A stretch of DNA of 64,000 nt from Camelus ferus (taxonomy: Eukaryota), in NCBI RefSeq assembly GCF_009834535.1, contig NC_045696.1:31684001-31748000 (forward strand), read 5' to 3'. Within the stretch, counting starts at the first letter, position 1. Each line of letters opens with the position of its first letter. Position numbers and translations under genes: made by a program. Positions 39,617-52,878 of this stretch are shown here, one piece after another. The notes under the pieces are model-generated. The model was not told the origin of the DNA and did no database searches. It worked only from the letters and a program-made list of their open reading frames with translations.

Positions 39617-40916
39617 AGCCAAGTAGATGGAAAACAAAAGACAACAATAACAAAGTAAAATGTGTGAAAGATGACTAAAGAAGACACAGATAACAAACTG
39701 CAAAAGAGGCAAAGTTGAAAGTGACCACAGTTGTATGCTTTTATTAGAAATGCAGAGGAGTATTTCAAAATTACCACTTCTTAGGGTGGATAAAAATGGA
39801 AAAGCTTCATCAAAGTGAGAGGTAGAAAGGTCCTTTTCCAGGTAGCTACCTATTCACAGCACATGCTCATCTATCTTGGAGACATTGAGTTAGAATCACT
39901 TTTGGCATAGATAAAACTTGGTTTTATCAAGGAGGGAGGAAGGATTGCAGAAAAGAAGTTATTAGGGCATCGAATGATATGTATAGTTGGATTTAATTAG
40001 AGTAAAGTGATAACTGATGGTTTTAGCACAGGAATTAACACAGATGGCCAAAAAAGACAAATTCAGTATCTTCAATCTGGAAAATGTCAGGTTTAGCATA
40101 GATAATGAAGTCCTAGAAAATAAAGAATGAAATAAAGGCTTTACTTGAAATGGCAAATAATTCTAGGAAGGAAAGCATGAACACACTATTCTTAGAATTC
40201 CTAAATAGATAATGACTGTATTAGCTTAGCCCAGATTTTCTAATAGAGTAACTCAATGAGTGCTAAAATTGAAAACTTCTTTCAAGATAATAAATACTAA
40301 GCTAAAATTTTTAGATTTTTTTAAAAAAGAAGATAATAAAGTATACTGACCATAGTTCAAATTTTATATTGCTTATTATTAAATACCTTTCCATTCCAAT
40401 ATATTTATTGGAATATAATTACTCAATTTTAAAGTGGTAATTAGACCTATAGATAATATTTAGGGAAGTTGAGCTTTGATTATTATTTATTATTTCCTGG
40501 AACAATCTGAATAATACTGGAAAAATTAAATTAAATTAGTTGTCTGTATTTTGTATGCAATATCAATTCGAAGTCAGATTCTATTGCAGAAGTAATTAAT
40601 ATACAAGTATTTTAACTTAAGGTATCCACAAGTCAGTATCATCAATAGAAAACACTTGAGATTTTAAACTAAAGGAGAAACCACTATATGGCTTTTTCAA
40701 CAGACAACGAAAAATAATGTATTTTTTAGTACACCTGAGATACTTACATTTTTCATTTGAACACCAGGAACATTTCAGTGCCTATAATTTTACATTAAAC
40801 CATCAGCAATATTGTTTCTGTATCAGAATCACTGATTAATAGAGGTGTGTGAAGGTAAATGATAGTTGATGAAGGAACTGCCTAGGCATTTGGATAGTAC
40901 AATGATTCTAGATAAA

Positions 40917-40943
40917 ACACACAGAGAGAGAGAGAGAGAGAGA
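40917..40943. repeat. (CA)n(GA)n microsatellite
   Basis: Seen directly. Confidence 0.9.
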
Positions 40944-41615
40944 AGCTGCTGCTAGGAAACACAAAATAAATATTTTTGTATCCAATATTCAGAATGAAAA
41001 TGAAATGAAAGCAGTAACTGGGACTGTAGCCATAGGACTACCAGCTCCTAAGTCTATACATGAGCAATTAAGAGTTTTACCCCCTTTGAAATAAGCCATC
41101 TCTAGTTATTCAGAGTACTGAATTCAGACTTACCATTTTTAAGCCAGAGGCTGCTACTGATCTCCTATGCTTATATAGGAATCCCCTAAAATCTGTAACC
41201 AACTTGTTCCTGGAATTTATGCCTATATAAGAATTGGAGGAAGCCATCTCAGCTGACTGTATCTTCAGTATTATACCCCAACCGTTGAAGAAAACACCAA
41301 ACTACCTAAAAATTAGCACATTCTTGATTATTGTCATCAGAAGTTAGGGAGGGGCTATAGAAAAAAAAAGGTAAAACAAAATAAAATAAGTAAACTAACA
41401 AAGCAATGAAAAGATGAGCTGTGGAGAGTAGGGCAGAGAAAAAAGATTAATACTTAATAAACCTGAAAAAACAAATCCAAGGAACATGAGCAACACTAAC
41501 ACAAAAGTTTTTAAAAAACAGCATATGCTATTGTTAAATGAAAATGATTAAGCAATTTGAAAATGATTTTTAAGACTGAAATAAAATGAGAGAGATACCA
41601 TGTATATGGGAGATA

Positions 41616-42130
41616 TACAATCCACCTGGAATTATTTTTTCTGCAGTGTAAGGTAGAGATAATTTTATTTTTCCCTTTTAGATACTCAGTTATTCCAGAA
41701 TGAGTTATTGAAATGGTATTTAATTTTCCACTATTATTCAGGGCCAAACTGGTCATAAATCAAAGGACAAAGTGTTTCAGTTTGTTTACGGCATCTATGT
41801 TCTGCTATTTTTGTTTATTTTCCTATCCTAGGCAATGTATTTTAATTGCTACAACTTTATTATAAATTTGGATATCAAGTAGAACAAATCTTCCCTTCTT
41901 GTTTCCTTATTGAAGAGAATCTTAGCTATTCATGGTCATCTGCACTTCCATGTGAATTTTGCAAACAGCTTGTTTAGTTTTACCTAATTTTTTTAGATTT
42001 TCACTGTGATTCATTTTATACATATGGGGAAATTTATTGTCTGTGATGTTGCAAATAGTATTTTATTAAAATATGTGCTTTTGTAAGTTAATTTTTGCAG
42101 GTATGTAAAAATAATTTTTTTAAAGTAAAT
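41616..42130 (-). mobile_element. Ancient LINE-1 ORF2 relic
   Basis: ATCCACCTGGAATTATTTTT...TTTTAATTGCTACAACTTTATTATAAAT...GCACTTCCATGTGAATTTT. Confidence 0.75.
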
Positions 42131-42169
42131 AGCACATATAGCTATCATTATTATATGTTTGTTTACTTA

Positions 42170-42320
42170 TTTGTTACTTATTTTCAGTTGCTCTCACTAA
42201 AATGTTAGTTTCCTCTGGCATTGATGCCTTATTTATCATTCTGTCTTCAGTACCTTGAAGATATCTGGCATACAACCGATATGAATAAATATTCACCAAA
42301 TAAACAATTTTTGAATTAAT
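42170..42320 (+). mobile_element. L2 3' end
   Basis: CTCACTAAAATGTTAGTTTCC...CAGTACCTTGAAGATATCTGGCATACA...AATAAATATT. Confidence 0.65.
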
Positions 42321-43499
42321 TAATTTTTGTATAAACAACTTAAAATCATACTTTAAAAATACAATTATTGAAGCCTCATGAACAACTGTACTCAATCTTC
42401 AATGTTTTTTAATTCAGTTGCGTTTTGTATCCATTTTAAGAACCTTAATTCTGCATATCCATCATCTCACCACCATTTTAAACATGTACTTTGTCACATT
42501 TATATACTTCGTGGAATATCACTTCTTTTCCCTTCAGTTCTCTCTTCTCCGCTCCCCTCATTTATGGCTAGTTGTGTGTAGACAACAAATGCAGATAAAG
42601 GATGGTGGGTTTAGGAGAAGAAACAAAAAAATGTCAAGAACCTTATTTCAATTCTTTCTTTCATCATCTGTTCCCAGAAATGCTTTGACAATAGGTAAAT
42701 ACTTCAAGGTCTTGTAATGCACACTCTTATGTTGTTAATGGCCACACATCAACTGTTCTTTCAAATATAGTTGGTATTAATTTTCTTTTGGTGAATAAAG
42801 GAAGCAACCACACCAGCAGGACAAAAACTATTTTGCAGTTCTGGCTGAGAAGGAAAGAATGCCAGTTTATATCAAATGATATGCTTTTCTACTGAGACTT
42901 CCAGCAAAGGTGTTAAATGCATCTCAAAAGACTTGATACAGTTCAATTTGAAGAACTGACCTCCTTTTTCATCTTTGAAAATGTATTCAGTAATATGAAA
43001 ACAATGGAAATTAAGGAGAGTTGTTGGGAAGTTATGTTTTTTTAAGATTAAATTGCTTACCATCTTTAAAAAAAGGATTATGTAGTCAAACTGAGAAATA
43101 CATAAATTAGAAAATAAATCCAGTATTGAGAATGTAAATTAGTTTAGGTTGCAGATAGGAAGTGATAATTGAAAAGCTTGACTTTTTTTTTTTAATTTAA
43201 TTAAAGTAGGAAAATGACTGGATGACTTATTTTAGGATACCTAGTAAAGAAAATGCCCAATCATAAAACCTTAAACTTGGATAACTCTATGCAAATCAAC
43301 CGAAGAACCAAGAACAGGTAGAAATCTGAACTGAAGAATATTTTTTTCTCTCTCACTTATGAATAATTTTTCAAGTTGTACTGTTAAACTCAGTATGATC
43401 CCAGGTCAGAAAATCATACAAATAACCAAATATTTCCATGTTTTCCATGAATATAAAAGGATGTGTGAAGCTTTTGTTTCACCTCCACTACCCCAATTT

Positions 43500-43680
43500 T
43501 CTTTCATTCTTCATTCATTAGGCATACAATGTATTTAACAACCATAATGAATACAGCATTTATTATGATCTTCCCTAAAACACAAAAGTGCAAAAGACAA
43601 GTCTCTATCCTTGTGATTTTTACATTTTATTTAGGGAGGTAAAAGATATGAATTAGAAAAAATAGGACAATTGTTTTTAA
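43500..43680 (-). mobile_element. L2 3' end
   Basis: TTCATTCTTCATTCATT...AAAAGACAAGTCTCTATCCTTG. Confidence 0.5.
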
Positions 43681-44053
43681 ACATTCAATGGAAAGAATGA
43701 AAATTACATGACTAAGTATTAGAACACTATATTCAAAACTTTTTCACTTAACACACACTGAACATGATGATGTTTATGACACATTATTGTAGTACGAAGG
43801 CAACTTGCAGCTGAACCAGTCCACAGCCTCTAGTCACATCAGTTTCCATATGAATGCTGAGAAGAATAACAGCTCAGCACACTTTCAGTTTGTTCATTTT
43901 AAACCTATGTGTAGTACACAGTTCATACCAGCTGGCAAACCCTGACTTAGGGAGTATCCCAGATGGGAGGAAATTGATGGGAAGGGTCTTCTTGGATTTG
44001 CTGACTTCCTAATCTTATTTTAGATATACATCAATTCATAGAGGACATTCTAG

Positions 44054-44090
44054 ATGATGATGATGATGATGACAATAATAATAAGAATAA
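44054..44090. repeat. (GAT)n/(AAT)n microsatellite
   Basis: Seen directly. Confidence 0.85.
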
Positions 44091-45059
44091 TCTATGGAAA
44101 TAGGATGCTAAGTAAAGTAGAAGAATATCATGCATGAAAAAAACAGACTACTTGGGTTAAGCCTCAACTGAAGTTTTTAAGGTGCTTGTAAGAATGTGGC
44201 AAGAAATGTCACTTCTGTAGGAGCTGTGATTCAATATAATAAACTGAAATTTTATGTGATTCACAATAACAAGGATAAATAACTATTAGAACATTTGAAA
44301 ATTAGCTGATGGCTTTATGAAATAGTTTCTATATTTGGAGATATTCCAGTAGAAAATGTATATTTTCCTCCTATAAGATTTATAAATTTGCCTGTGAGTT
44401 GGCTAAAACTTATAAGCAAAATCTCTGTTGAGCATGTTATTAAATGAATTAGATTGTGTCTCCTCATTATAGACAGAACCTTTAGCCAGAATTGTGTGCT
44501 CAGGACAACAGTCATTTTGAATACCATTTTGGCTATAATTCATTCACTTTAGAGCATCATCACACATATAAAGTAAAATTAAATGTTACTTCACTTTAGT
44601 AAAAATAAATATTAATAAATATACTAAAGTTATAATAAAATTAGTTTTTAAAAATTAAATCAAGTATAATTTCCCAATCAAGCTTTTATATTTCATCAGG
44701 AATGTATGTCCTCTATACTAATGAGAAGCATATGTCTTTGCTTTCACCCACTGTTTTTGGAATCTTTAACATTTTCTCACATATTCAAGCACAAGCACAT
44801 ACATAATTGAAATAGAGCGGTCAAAGTGTTCCTTGGAATTCCTTACTCTGTTTTACAATATCAAGCACATAGTTACATGGTTAGATATGGTTTCATACAC
44901 TAACACCTCAACATTTACTCTTCTTAATCCAACTAGGCATTAAATCTTGAACTTTTTGAGTGAACTCTTGGGAAATGTTTACAAATTCTGTTGATTTTTT
45001 AATATGCTTTCATATATCTCATGAGGTTAAATGAAAATTTGTATTAAGGTTTGTCACTA

Positions 45060-45463
45060 ATGTCACCGGGGATACTATTATGATGTTGGAGACAATGATC
45101 AAGATGTGAATACTCACTGACCCATGTGGGCAATAGGAGTGTCCTCATCACCTCCTCTGTCTTTGGAACATACACTCTGCCTACCATTTCCACAGTGGGA
45201 TCTGTTTCAAGGACATGGCTTTGAGAGAGTATGCTGTTTTTGAGACCACTTGGATTATGTATGTGTCTGAACCCAGTTAAGGACACTATATAAACTTTAT
45301 AGATTCTACTGGGTGGGTGCAGAGATCTACTCATCTTGTGGTATCATAAGTAAATTCTCTTGCTTATCAAATATTCTCTTGCCACCTACTAATCTAGAGT
45401 GGTCTGCCTCTTTCTTTGGTCTCTTCTTGCCTTTTTGTAATGGGGCCAGTTTGGGAACCAACA
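45060..45463 (+). mobile_element. Solo LTR, ERVL class (MER54/MER73/MER74-like)
   Basis: TATATAAAC box, GGGTGGGTGCAGAGATCTAC, TGCCACCTACTAATCTAGAGTGGTCTGCCTCTTTCTTTGGTCTC, terminus AACCAACA. The 5' boundary is uncertain. Confidence 0.7.
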
Positions 45464-48438
45464 TATGATAATGCATTTTGTAAAACATTACTAGAGTTGA
45501 TGACACTATATTAAACTATTATGAATTAGTACAAAAATTTAAAACATATGAAAATTAATAAATTTATGTTCTAAACAAAGGAAATATGGAAAGGGACTTT
45601 GAGAAGGAGCAGTGATTCAAATTCTGGCATCTAAAGGTTTTTTTTTTTTTATTATTTTTAAAACCATGTAGACATAAAACTAAAAGACAAATAGTACCCT
45701 TTGTGAAAAAAGCCCCAATACATTTTGAATTTTCATTTCCATCATTGAGCAGTAAACTTTAGATCAGAAATAGGTTTAATTAAATATGTATATTGCATGA
45801 AGCTATTACAAATACAACTTTCAATGCAAGATAGAGTTTTCTCTTGATCATTTACTCAAAGTATGACCCTATGCTTTAAAAATTCTTGAAAAGTATAACT
45901 TTTAAAAATGTCTATGTCTAGCATGCAGAGTTTATGTGCCTTCAATTTTTTACTCTATTGCTGACTTTATATTCATACAACAAATATTCTCTCATGTAAG
46001 CTCTTGTTTTGAACTAGATCATGGATAGGTACTGTTTTTTATTTTTCCAATTAACCTTATATCAAGAGATCTGGTCACAAGCTTCAATACCTAAATAAGG
46101 TTTGTGAATGTAATGGGATAAAATAATATAACAGCAGCATACAAATACAGTTTATATTGTTAAAAACCAATAGGGATGATTTGTATGTCAAAGAGGCTGG
46201 GTAAAGCAGTCCAATGTTAAAGTACTAACAGGGTCGGAAGCAGGGCAATCATGTCCTGTGTTCCTTTATACAATGAATCGTTGTTCCACATTGAATCTTT
46301 GCAATGCAGTGTGAAGGATGCTGACACAATCAATAATTCCTTCTTGAAAAAAAAGTTCAAAGATTCAATGTGAATAACATTATCCTATTTTCTCAAAAGC
46401 CCTTTCCTGCATCGAGTAATATGGCTTCAGACAAGGATTCCAACTGAGCTGTGGCATAAAAAAAGATTACAAGGATTCAGTAGATCAGCAGGAAACACGA
46501 AAGTAAGCATCCTTTCTTGCAACTAGCTTGATTAAACCTAATGATCTAAGATAAAATTAAGATAACTAACTTATTACCAATATCTCCCCTAAGACTTTTT
46601 TTCCCTCATTGCTCAAAGTGAATAAATATCTGCAATATTTTCTGAAAAGGTTCTGTTCTCTTTTTTTTTAGATTTAAGAATCTTTATTCTTTATTGGTCC
46701 CTAAAGCTTCAATCATGTAAACAGAAATGATTCCCTCGTATGCTTCTGATGGAAAGCCCTTCTGACTCTGTTCCCGATCCCCCCATACTTGATGAAAATC
46801 TAAGGAAGCTAAACTTTTCTCATTTTCTTAAAAATGGCTAACAAAAAAAAAACTGAAACTTTCTGGTTTATTCAGTAAGAAAATATTTCTGATTAATATT
46901 TAATAAAATCAAGTAAATGATATTTTATCTAATTATTTTTAAGATCAAATATTCCCATATATTTTAGCCCTTGATTTATCTGAGAAGATAAAGGTGGCTA
47001 TGTATAAATGGGAAATAAATAATTTACTTCTTAGATAACAATTGTAAATTAAAGTTTTGTATTTATAATCATACCACATAGTCCCTATAATTCTAGATCT
47101 CAATGGTGTTGCTGTCTTCCTTTATATGTTATGATATATATGAAAAGAAACTGGACACAGTGATAGCAGTTGATTTTGAGCCAAAAGATTTTGGCAGCAT
47201 CTACAATCATATTGATAACCCCATTAACAGAGCCTTTGCTTTTGATCATTATGAAGACATTACCATTATAATCTAGCCAACATTTGAAATAGGAGATAAG
47301 CCATAGTGTCTAGGATAATCAGGGATCTAAATTCTCATCACTGGAAGTGACCCAATTATATTTCACTATAAACAATGTCTTTAAGAAAACACATTAGAAG
47401 TACAGATACTAAACAGCCTTTTTTTTTTTCCAAGATAGTCTTCTCCATTATTTCAAAAGGATTGATTTTTTTACACTTGGTTGTCACACCAAATGGTGCT
47501 TAGTTGGTATCTAGTGCAACTAGGAAATAAATTGAATTTGCAAGACTAGACACCAGAATGTTAAAATGAGTTGAACATTTTCACATGTTTATTTTAGGCT
47601 ATTTTCATCATCAAACTTACATACCTACATCTCCTACTTATAAACATATCCATATCCCATTTTGAAATTACAGTCATGGGCTCTGTAGCATGTACAGATT
47701 TCCAAAGCAGTCAATTTCTATTTTCTCATAGTTGACTTCCCTTAATATCATAGATTAATTTATTGAATTAACCAAAGAGTTCCTGAAAGAGTTCAAATTT
47801 TAGCAATGATGAATGATCCTTATCTTAATGGAACACAAAATGACTAATATAGTACTATTTTTAGAAGAAAAGACTGACATATATTTATGTTCCTTCAAAT
47901 AATGTCAAGTGAATGATGCACACAGTAAATCACTAATGGTGTTTACATATTCAAAGTGATTGTAAAATATTTGGAAAATATAATTTAAATTAGTGTATAT
48001 GATTATGGAATAAACATGTGTATATACAGCTGTTATAAAAAGAGAGTTTAATTAAAGGTAGGAGTTACTACGAACTATGTATATTTCATTTTTGATCTTT
48101 GCTATTTTCAAATTTTATCTTCTGTGCTTTATTTTAAAAAAGCCTGTCCTTTCTCTTTGCTGGGTTTTTTTTGCTGTTGTTGTTCCACAAACTGTGTCTA
48201 AGGTGACTTTCAATAGACTGCAGCAAGGGAGATGCTCTGCAAGGTGTAAAAAGCTGACCCTCTTTTCTGTCTTTAGATCTCCATTCTTATGGTGCTTAAT
48301 GTAAATATGCTTAAATCAATATAATATGTCTCTATATTAAATTATTTTAGTCAAATTTGCATCTTGAACTTTATCTGCAATTGCAAAGTCAAATAATTTT
48401 GCATTTTAAGGTTCTTCATCATTTTGAGAAGTGAAAGA

Positions 48439-48955
48439 TGTCTGAGAGAAGAGGGGGCAAAGGCCATTCAAGAGCCTCATGGCACACCCATAGGTGCCAA
48501 GACAGTTCCTAGGCTGATCATAAAAGGTTAAGAAGTGGGTGGAGGGAGGTTCCTGGAAATCCTTCCCCTTTCTCCAAAATAGTTGGAATAATTTTCCTAC
48601 TCATTAGCATATGAAATTACCAAGCCCATAAAACCTAACCTGCACCTTGTGGTTGCTCTCTCTCTGTTGCTCTCTCTTGCCTTATGAAACAGCCCACATC
48701 TGTCTATGGAGCGTGTATCTACTTTTACTTTAAACTAAACACCTCACACCTCTCGGATTCTCTCCCTCTCATCTTTCTAAGATGGCTCACATTCTGCCTA
48801 TGGAGTATGTATCTCCTAGGTTGTTTCCCCTTCTGAGTGAGACAGACTGCACTCTGTCTATGGAGTGTGTATCTCTCTAAATAAACTTGCTTTCACTTTA
48901 CCATGCCGTGCTCTTGAATTCTTTCCTGCATGAGGCAAGAACCAATTCTCCCACA
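48439..48955 (+). mobile_element. Solo LTR, ERV1 MER41-like
   Basis: GTTCCTGGAAATCCTTCCCCTTT...GAATAAT...TTAGCATAT...CCATAAAA, CTGTCTATGGAG and AATAAACTTGCTTTCACTTTAC...TGAATTCTTTCCTGC follow the MER41 layout. Confidence 0.8.
48550..48558. promoter_or_regulatory. GAS (STAT-binding) motif TTCCTGGAA within the MER41-like LTR
   Basis: Matches TTCNNNGAA at the position where MER41 LTRs carry their STAT1 site. Function untested. Confidence 0.5.
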
Positions 48956-49164
48956 ATATCTTATCTCTTTTATTCTCCATATCTAATCCACTACAGTATC
49001 TCAATAGAATCTTCCTTAAACCCACTTTCCAGATCCATCTTTCATTCTCCACTCCCTGCAGAACTTCAAGTGCCCTCCACCTAAAATAATCTCTCCCATC
49101 CCTTTTACTGAATATCCCAATCCTGCCCATCTAAAGATCCAATTCCAATGCCACTTAATTCAAT

Positions 49165-49427
49165 CATTCCAAAATTTTTATTGAAAAATTCATGTTAGTT
49201 CCAAACACTGGGTGAAGCATTAGAGATAAAGCAGTGAAAAAAACAATTAAGTACTCTTTATCTTGGAGCTTGTATTCTAATGGGGGAGGAGAGAGACAAA
49301 CAGCAAACAAGTATAACAATAAATAAACAAGATAATTCCAGGTAATAAAGCAAGACAGTGTGACAAAGAGGGGCAAGGCTGCCGAAAGGCAGAGGCAGGC
49401 AGAAGTGCTGTCGTAGAATACTACTTT
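49165..49427 (-). mobile_element. L2 3' end (host of the next insertion)
   Basis: TCATTCCAAAATTTTTATTGA...GATAAAGCAGTGAA...TGGAGCTTGTATTCTAATGGGGGAG. Confidence 0.8.
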
Positions 49428-49895
49428 CATAACTGAGCAGGATCCTGTGGGGCCCTCCAGGGTCAGACCCCTCCCTCATATACTCTACTGCAGCTCCTCT
49501 TTGAAGTACTCAGAGAATAGTATTTTATGTACATTTCCTGAGTTTTTCAGATGCTAAAAATCATCACCAAAGAGAATAAATTAACTACTTGATGATCAAG
49601 AGTACAGTACATGGCCCCCAGACCTTCTGGAGCCCAAGGGTTGATAGTGTTGACCACCCTGTTCCCTCAACATCAACCAAGTAGAGAATTGTACACGAGC
49701 CGATCACATACCCTGCAAACCACTTCCCTTTTCTGGCCTTTAAATATGTTTTGCCGAAACCCTTCGGGGAGTTTGGGGTTTTCTTGGGCATGAGCCACCC
49801 TGTCCTCCTTGCTCCACCCTGCAATAAACCTTTCTCTGCTCCAAAAAAACCCCCAAAAAACAAAAAACAAAAAATAAAACAAGACAACAAAAAAA
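49428..49895 (+). mobile_element. ERV1-like LTR (U3-R) ending in a poly(A)-like tail, no U5
   Basis: TTTAAA TATA-like box near 49740, AATAAA 49823-49828, A-rich tail starting at 49843. Confidence 0.8.
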
Positions 49896-52594
49896 CCACC
49901 TTAGAAAGCTTACTAAAAAGATAGGTGCAAATCAGAACCACAACAAATCATCCATTTGCTAATTTAACCAACTTATTTGTGTTCCAAACCTTTTTTGATC
50001 TGATAATACAAAAATAACAATGTATACAGATCATACTTGCTAGAAGTTCACAGTCTATAAAAGAGCTCACAACCCTCCCAAAAACACATATCAGTATTCC
50101 ATCTTAACCTCTTTAGAACTGAGAAGGAAATAGCTGTGCAGAAAATTTGCTTTCCTACCAGACAGTGTTTCATGAATATATGCATATAGCATCCTAAGAA
50201 AGATAGAGACTCCCCCTATAGTAGATAGTTTTATAAATTGTTCTAGGAAGAAAAGTATATTTCCAAATATAGGTTATGGATCATTGTACATTCTGAAAAA
50301 AAAATAAGCTGGATATAGAAACCAACACAGAAATCTAGACTTAAACTAGTAAGTATTATTTTGAGTATTAACTAAAGCTTTGAGTTTTCTTCAAGAGGTA
50401 ACCAGAAATGACTAGATGTGAAATATGTCCTGTAAATTCAAACAAACAAAAACAACTGACTGAGAGTTAGACAATGTTTCAATTAATAGCCATATTAATA
50501 CCACTGTTTATGGATTAAGAAATTCAAAATATGTAACACTGTCTCTGAAATTGGACAGAGACATGAAAATTTAACACAGATTTCTATAATAGCTTTACAT
50601 TAGTGAAAACATAAATATAGATATACATCTAAAATCTATGTATTTCTATGAATGACTGTGATCTATTGTAGTTTTAACTACATTATTATAACATTAGAGT
50701 TCAAAATATGACTAAAGTTATATTTTTAATCTATTCCATATTTGTTTTTCTATCATTAAAGACAACACTAATATATGTGAAAAACTGTGGAGTGATCTTG
50801 AAGTTTTTTTTTTTTTTTCTCCTAGAAAAGTGAAATAAATCCCAATTTCTTGCTCTACAATTTAATACTTAGAAGGAATTTTGCAATAACTTCTGAAAAT
50901 GTTCCTAGGGGTGGCTGAATTCATGCCATATCAAGAATAGTAACAACAGTAAAAAGAACAACATATTTTCATGAGATACCTAACAAGGTGAACCAAGAAA
51001 CAGCTCTTTAAATTTTCATGTATTTACAACAGTAATAACTTAATGACCAAAAAAAAAAAAATGTATTTCATTGTTTCTTCTAGCTCTAGGAAGTACAGAA
51101 AACATTAAAAAAAAAAAAACAAAACTATGAAAACTGTGGTCACTCTTCAAAAATTTAAATGGAAAATTTAAATGGAAATATGTTTTTAATTTTAGCAGGC
51201 ATGATGAAAAAATACAGTCTTCAAAATTGCTTGTGTAAATATTTTGCCCATTACTTTCTCTAAGTTCAATATGATTTATTTTATTTAAATAATCAATATG
51301 TTCTAATAACAGAGGACATTCAATAACTAATGATACACAAAGGAAAAAAAACCTCAAATATAATGGAATACTATATTTTGGACAGCCATAAAATAGTATT
51401 TGAAATTTACCTCCTGAGCATGAAAAAAAGGAGTCTCCAACAGTGAAAAACAGGTTTGGCAAGTAAAGTGAGAGAAGTTCTGAGAATGAAATTGAGACCA
51501 TAAAATTTCAAATGATTCCATTATGGGAAGAACCCAATATGGATGTAAAAGAACTTGTCTAGTTCAAGTAACATTTTCAAAAACAAATTGAAAAATCAAA
51601 TTTAAAAAGCTACATATTTCTAAAAATAAAATAAAAATGAAAATGAATTAGGACAACTATGAGAGAAATTAGTGATTTGCAGAGAGCAGTTTAGGTTCAA
51701 TATGGATCCAGCTCTTGCAGACTATTCGTTCTCTATTTCTAATATAATAAATTACCACAAATTCAGTGGATTAAAATAGCAATTATATTATAATTTTGAG
51801 GATAAGAATGATACAAGTCTCACAACACTAAACCCAAAGTGTTGTTTAAAACTTAGCCACAATCATCTATTCTTCTCAAAGATAAGCAACAGTTCGCAGA
51901 CATTTATTTGTAATAATTACATTCATGTAACTAACATAATGAAAGGAGATTAGTTATACATGTTATGTTTTAAGAATTGAGCTATAGTAATTAAGAGGTA
52001 TAGCTCAGACTCAGTTTGTTAATATAGAGTGGTTAGAATGATGGAAGAGAGTGGGTCTAGGGAAAACTGTGCTTAGCATGTAATTTTTTTCTCTTTAATT
52101 TAAATAAAATATATTTTTCTAAAATTTATCTTTTACTTCAATATACTGGCTTTAAATTGACTTTTTTAAGTCTAGAAATTGGCAATTTTAATTTTTTCTC
52201 CATTTATTTTTCACATATCAATACTACAATTTTAAACTAGTATAATAACAGAAATCAAGATGCCTAACAAAAAAAAAGAAATAACTTAAGAATTCAGTTT
52301 TTGATTCAATTTGTTATTTTAAATAAGTTCATCTTCTAAATAACATTTCATTTTTGCTTATAAAAGAATGATCATTTTCTTTATATATACATAAGAATGC
52401 CATGAGCTTGTTAAACATGGACTGAACAAATCTAAAATCTAAAAGCATTCAAGAAACATTTTTGTATTTATAAATATAATGAGTTCTAGTATCATATATT
52501 GCATAATGCTTTAGAAGGGGAAGAAAAAAGTTTTTCAGGGGGAATAATTGATTCCTGTACCATAATTATGGTATAGATAAAAATGCTAATTTTT

Positions 52595-52878
52595 TAGACC
52601 ACTTGGAGGCTTCTATAACAAATCACCATATACTGAGTAAACAACAGAAATTTATTTCTCATAGTTCTGGAGGCTAGAAAGTCCAAAATCAAGGAGTCAG
52701 CAAATTTGGTGTCTGGTGAGGACATGCTTCCAAGTTCATGGACTGCCACGCTCTGATGTATCCTCATAAGGCAGAAAGATCTAAAATGCTGTCTGTGGTT
52801 TCTTTCATAAGAACACTAATTCCATTCATAAGTGTTTCACTCACATGACTTAATCACCTCCGAAAGGCCCAAGTTCTT
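52595..52878 (-). mobile_element. MaLR LTR (MLT1A-like), left part, split by L1
   Basis: AACAACAGAAATTTATTTCTCATAGTTCTGGAGGCTAGAAAGTCCAAAATCAAGG...TAATCACCTCCGAAAGGCCC. Confidence 0.9.

Noticed and set aside
46400..46502. Possible 103-bp exon (AAG acceptor, GTAAGC donor, one open frame PFLHRVIWLQTRIPTELWHKK...)
   Set aside because: Weak acceptor, unrecognised peptide and no partner exons. Transcript data would be needed.
48699..48874. CRISPR-like spaced direct repeats
   Set aside because: Three imperfect 22-mers with unequal spacing inside a mammalian LTR, with no cas genes.
51040..51501. 153-aa minus-strand ORF
   Set aside because: F/L/S-rich reading of T-rich DNA spanning homopolymer runs, with no domain signal.
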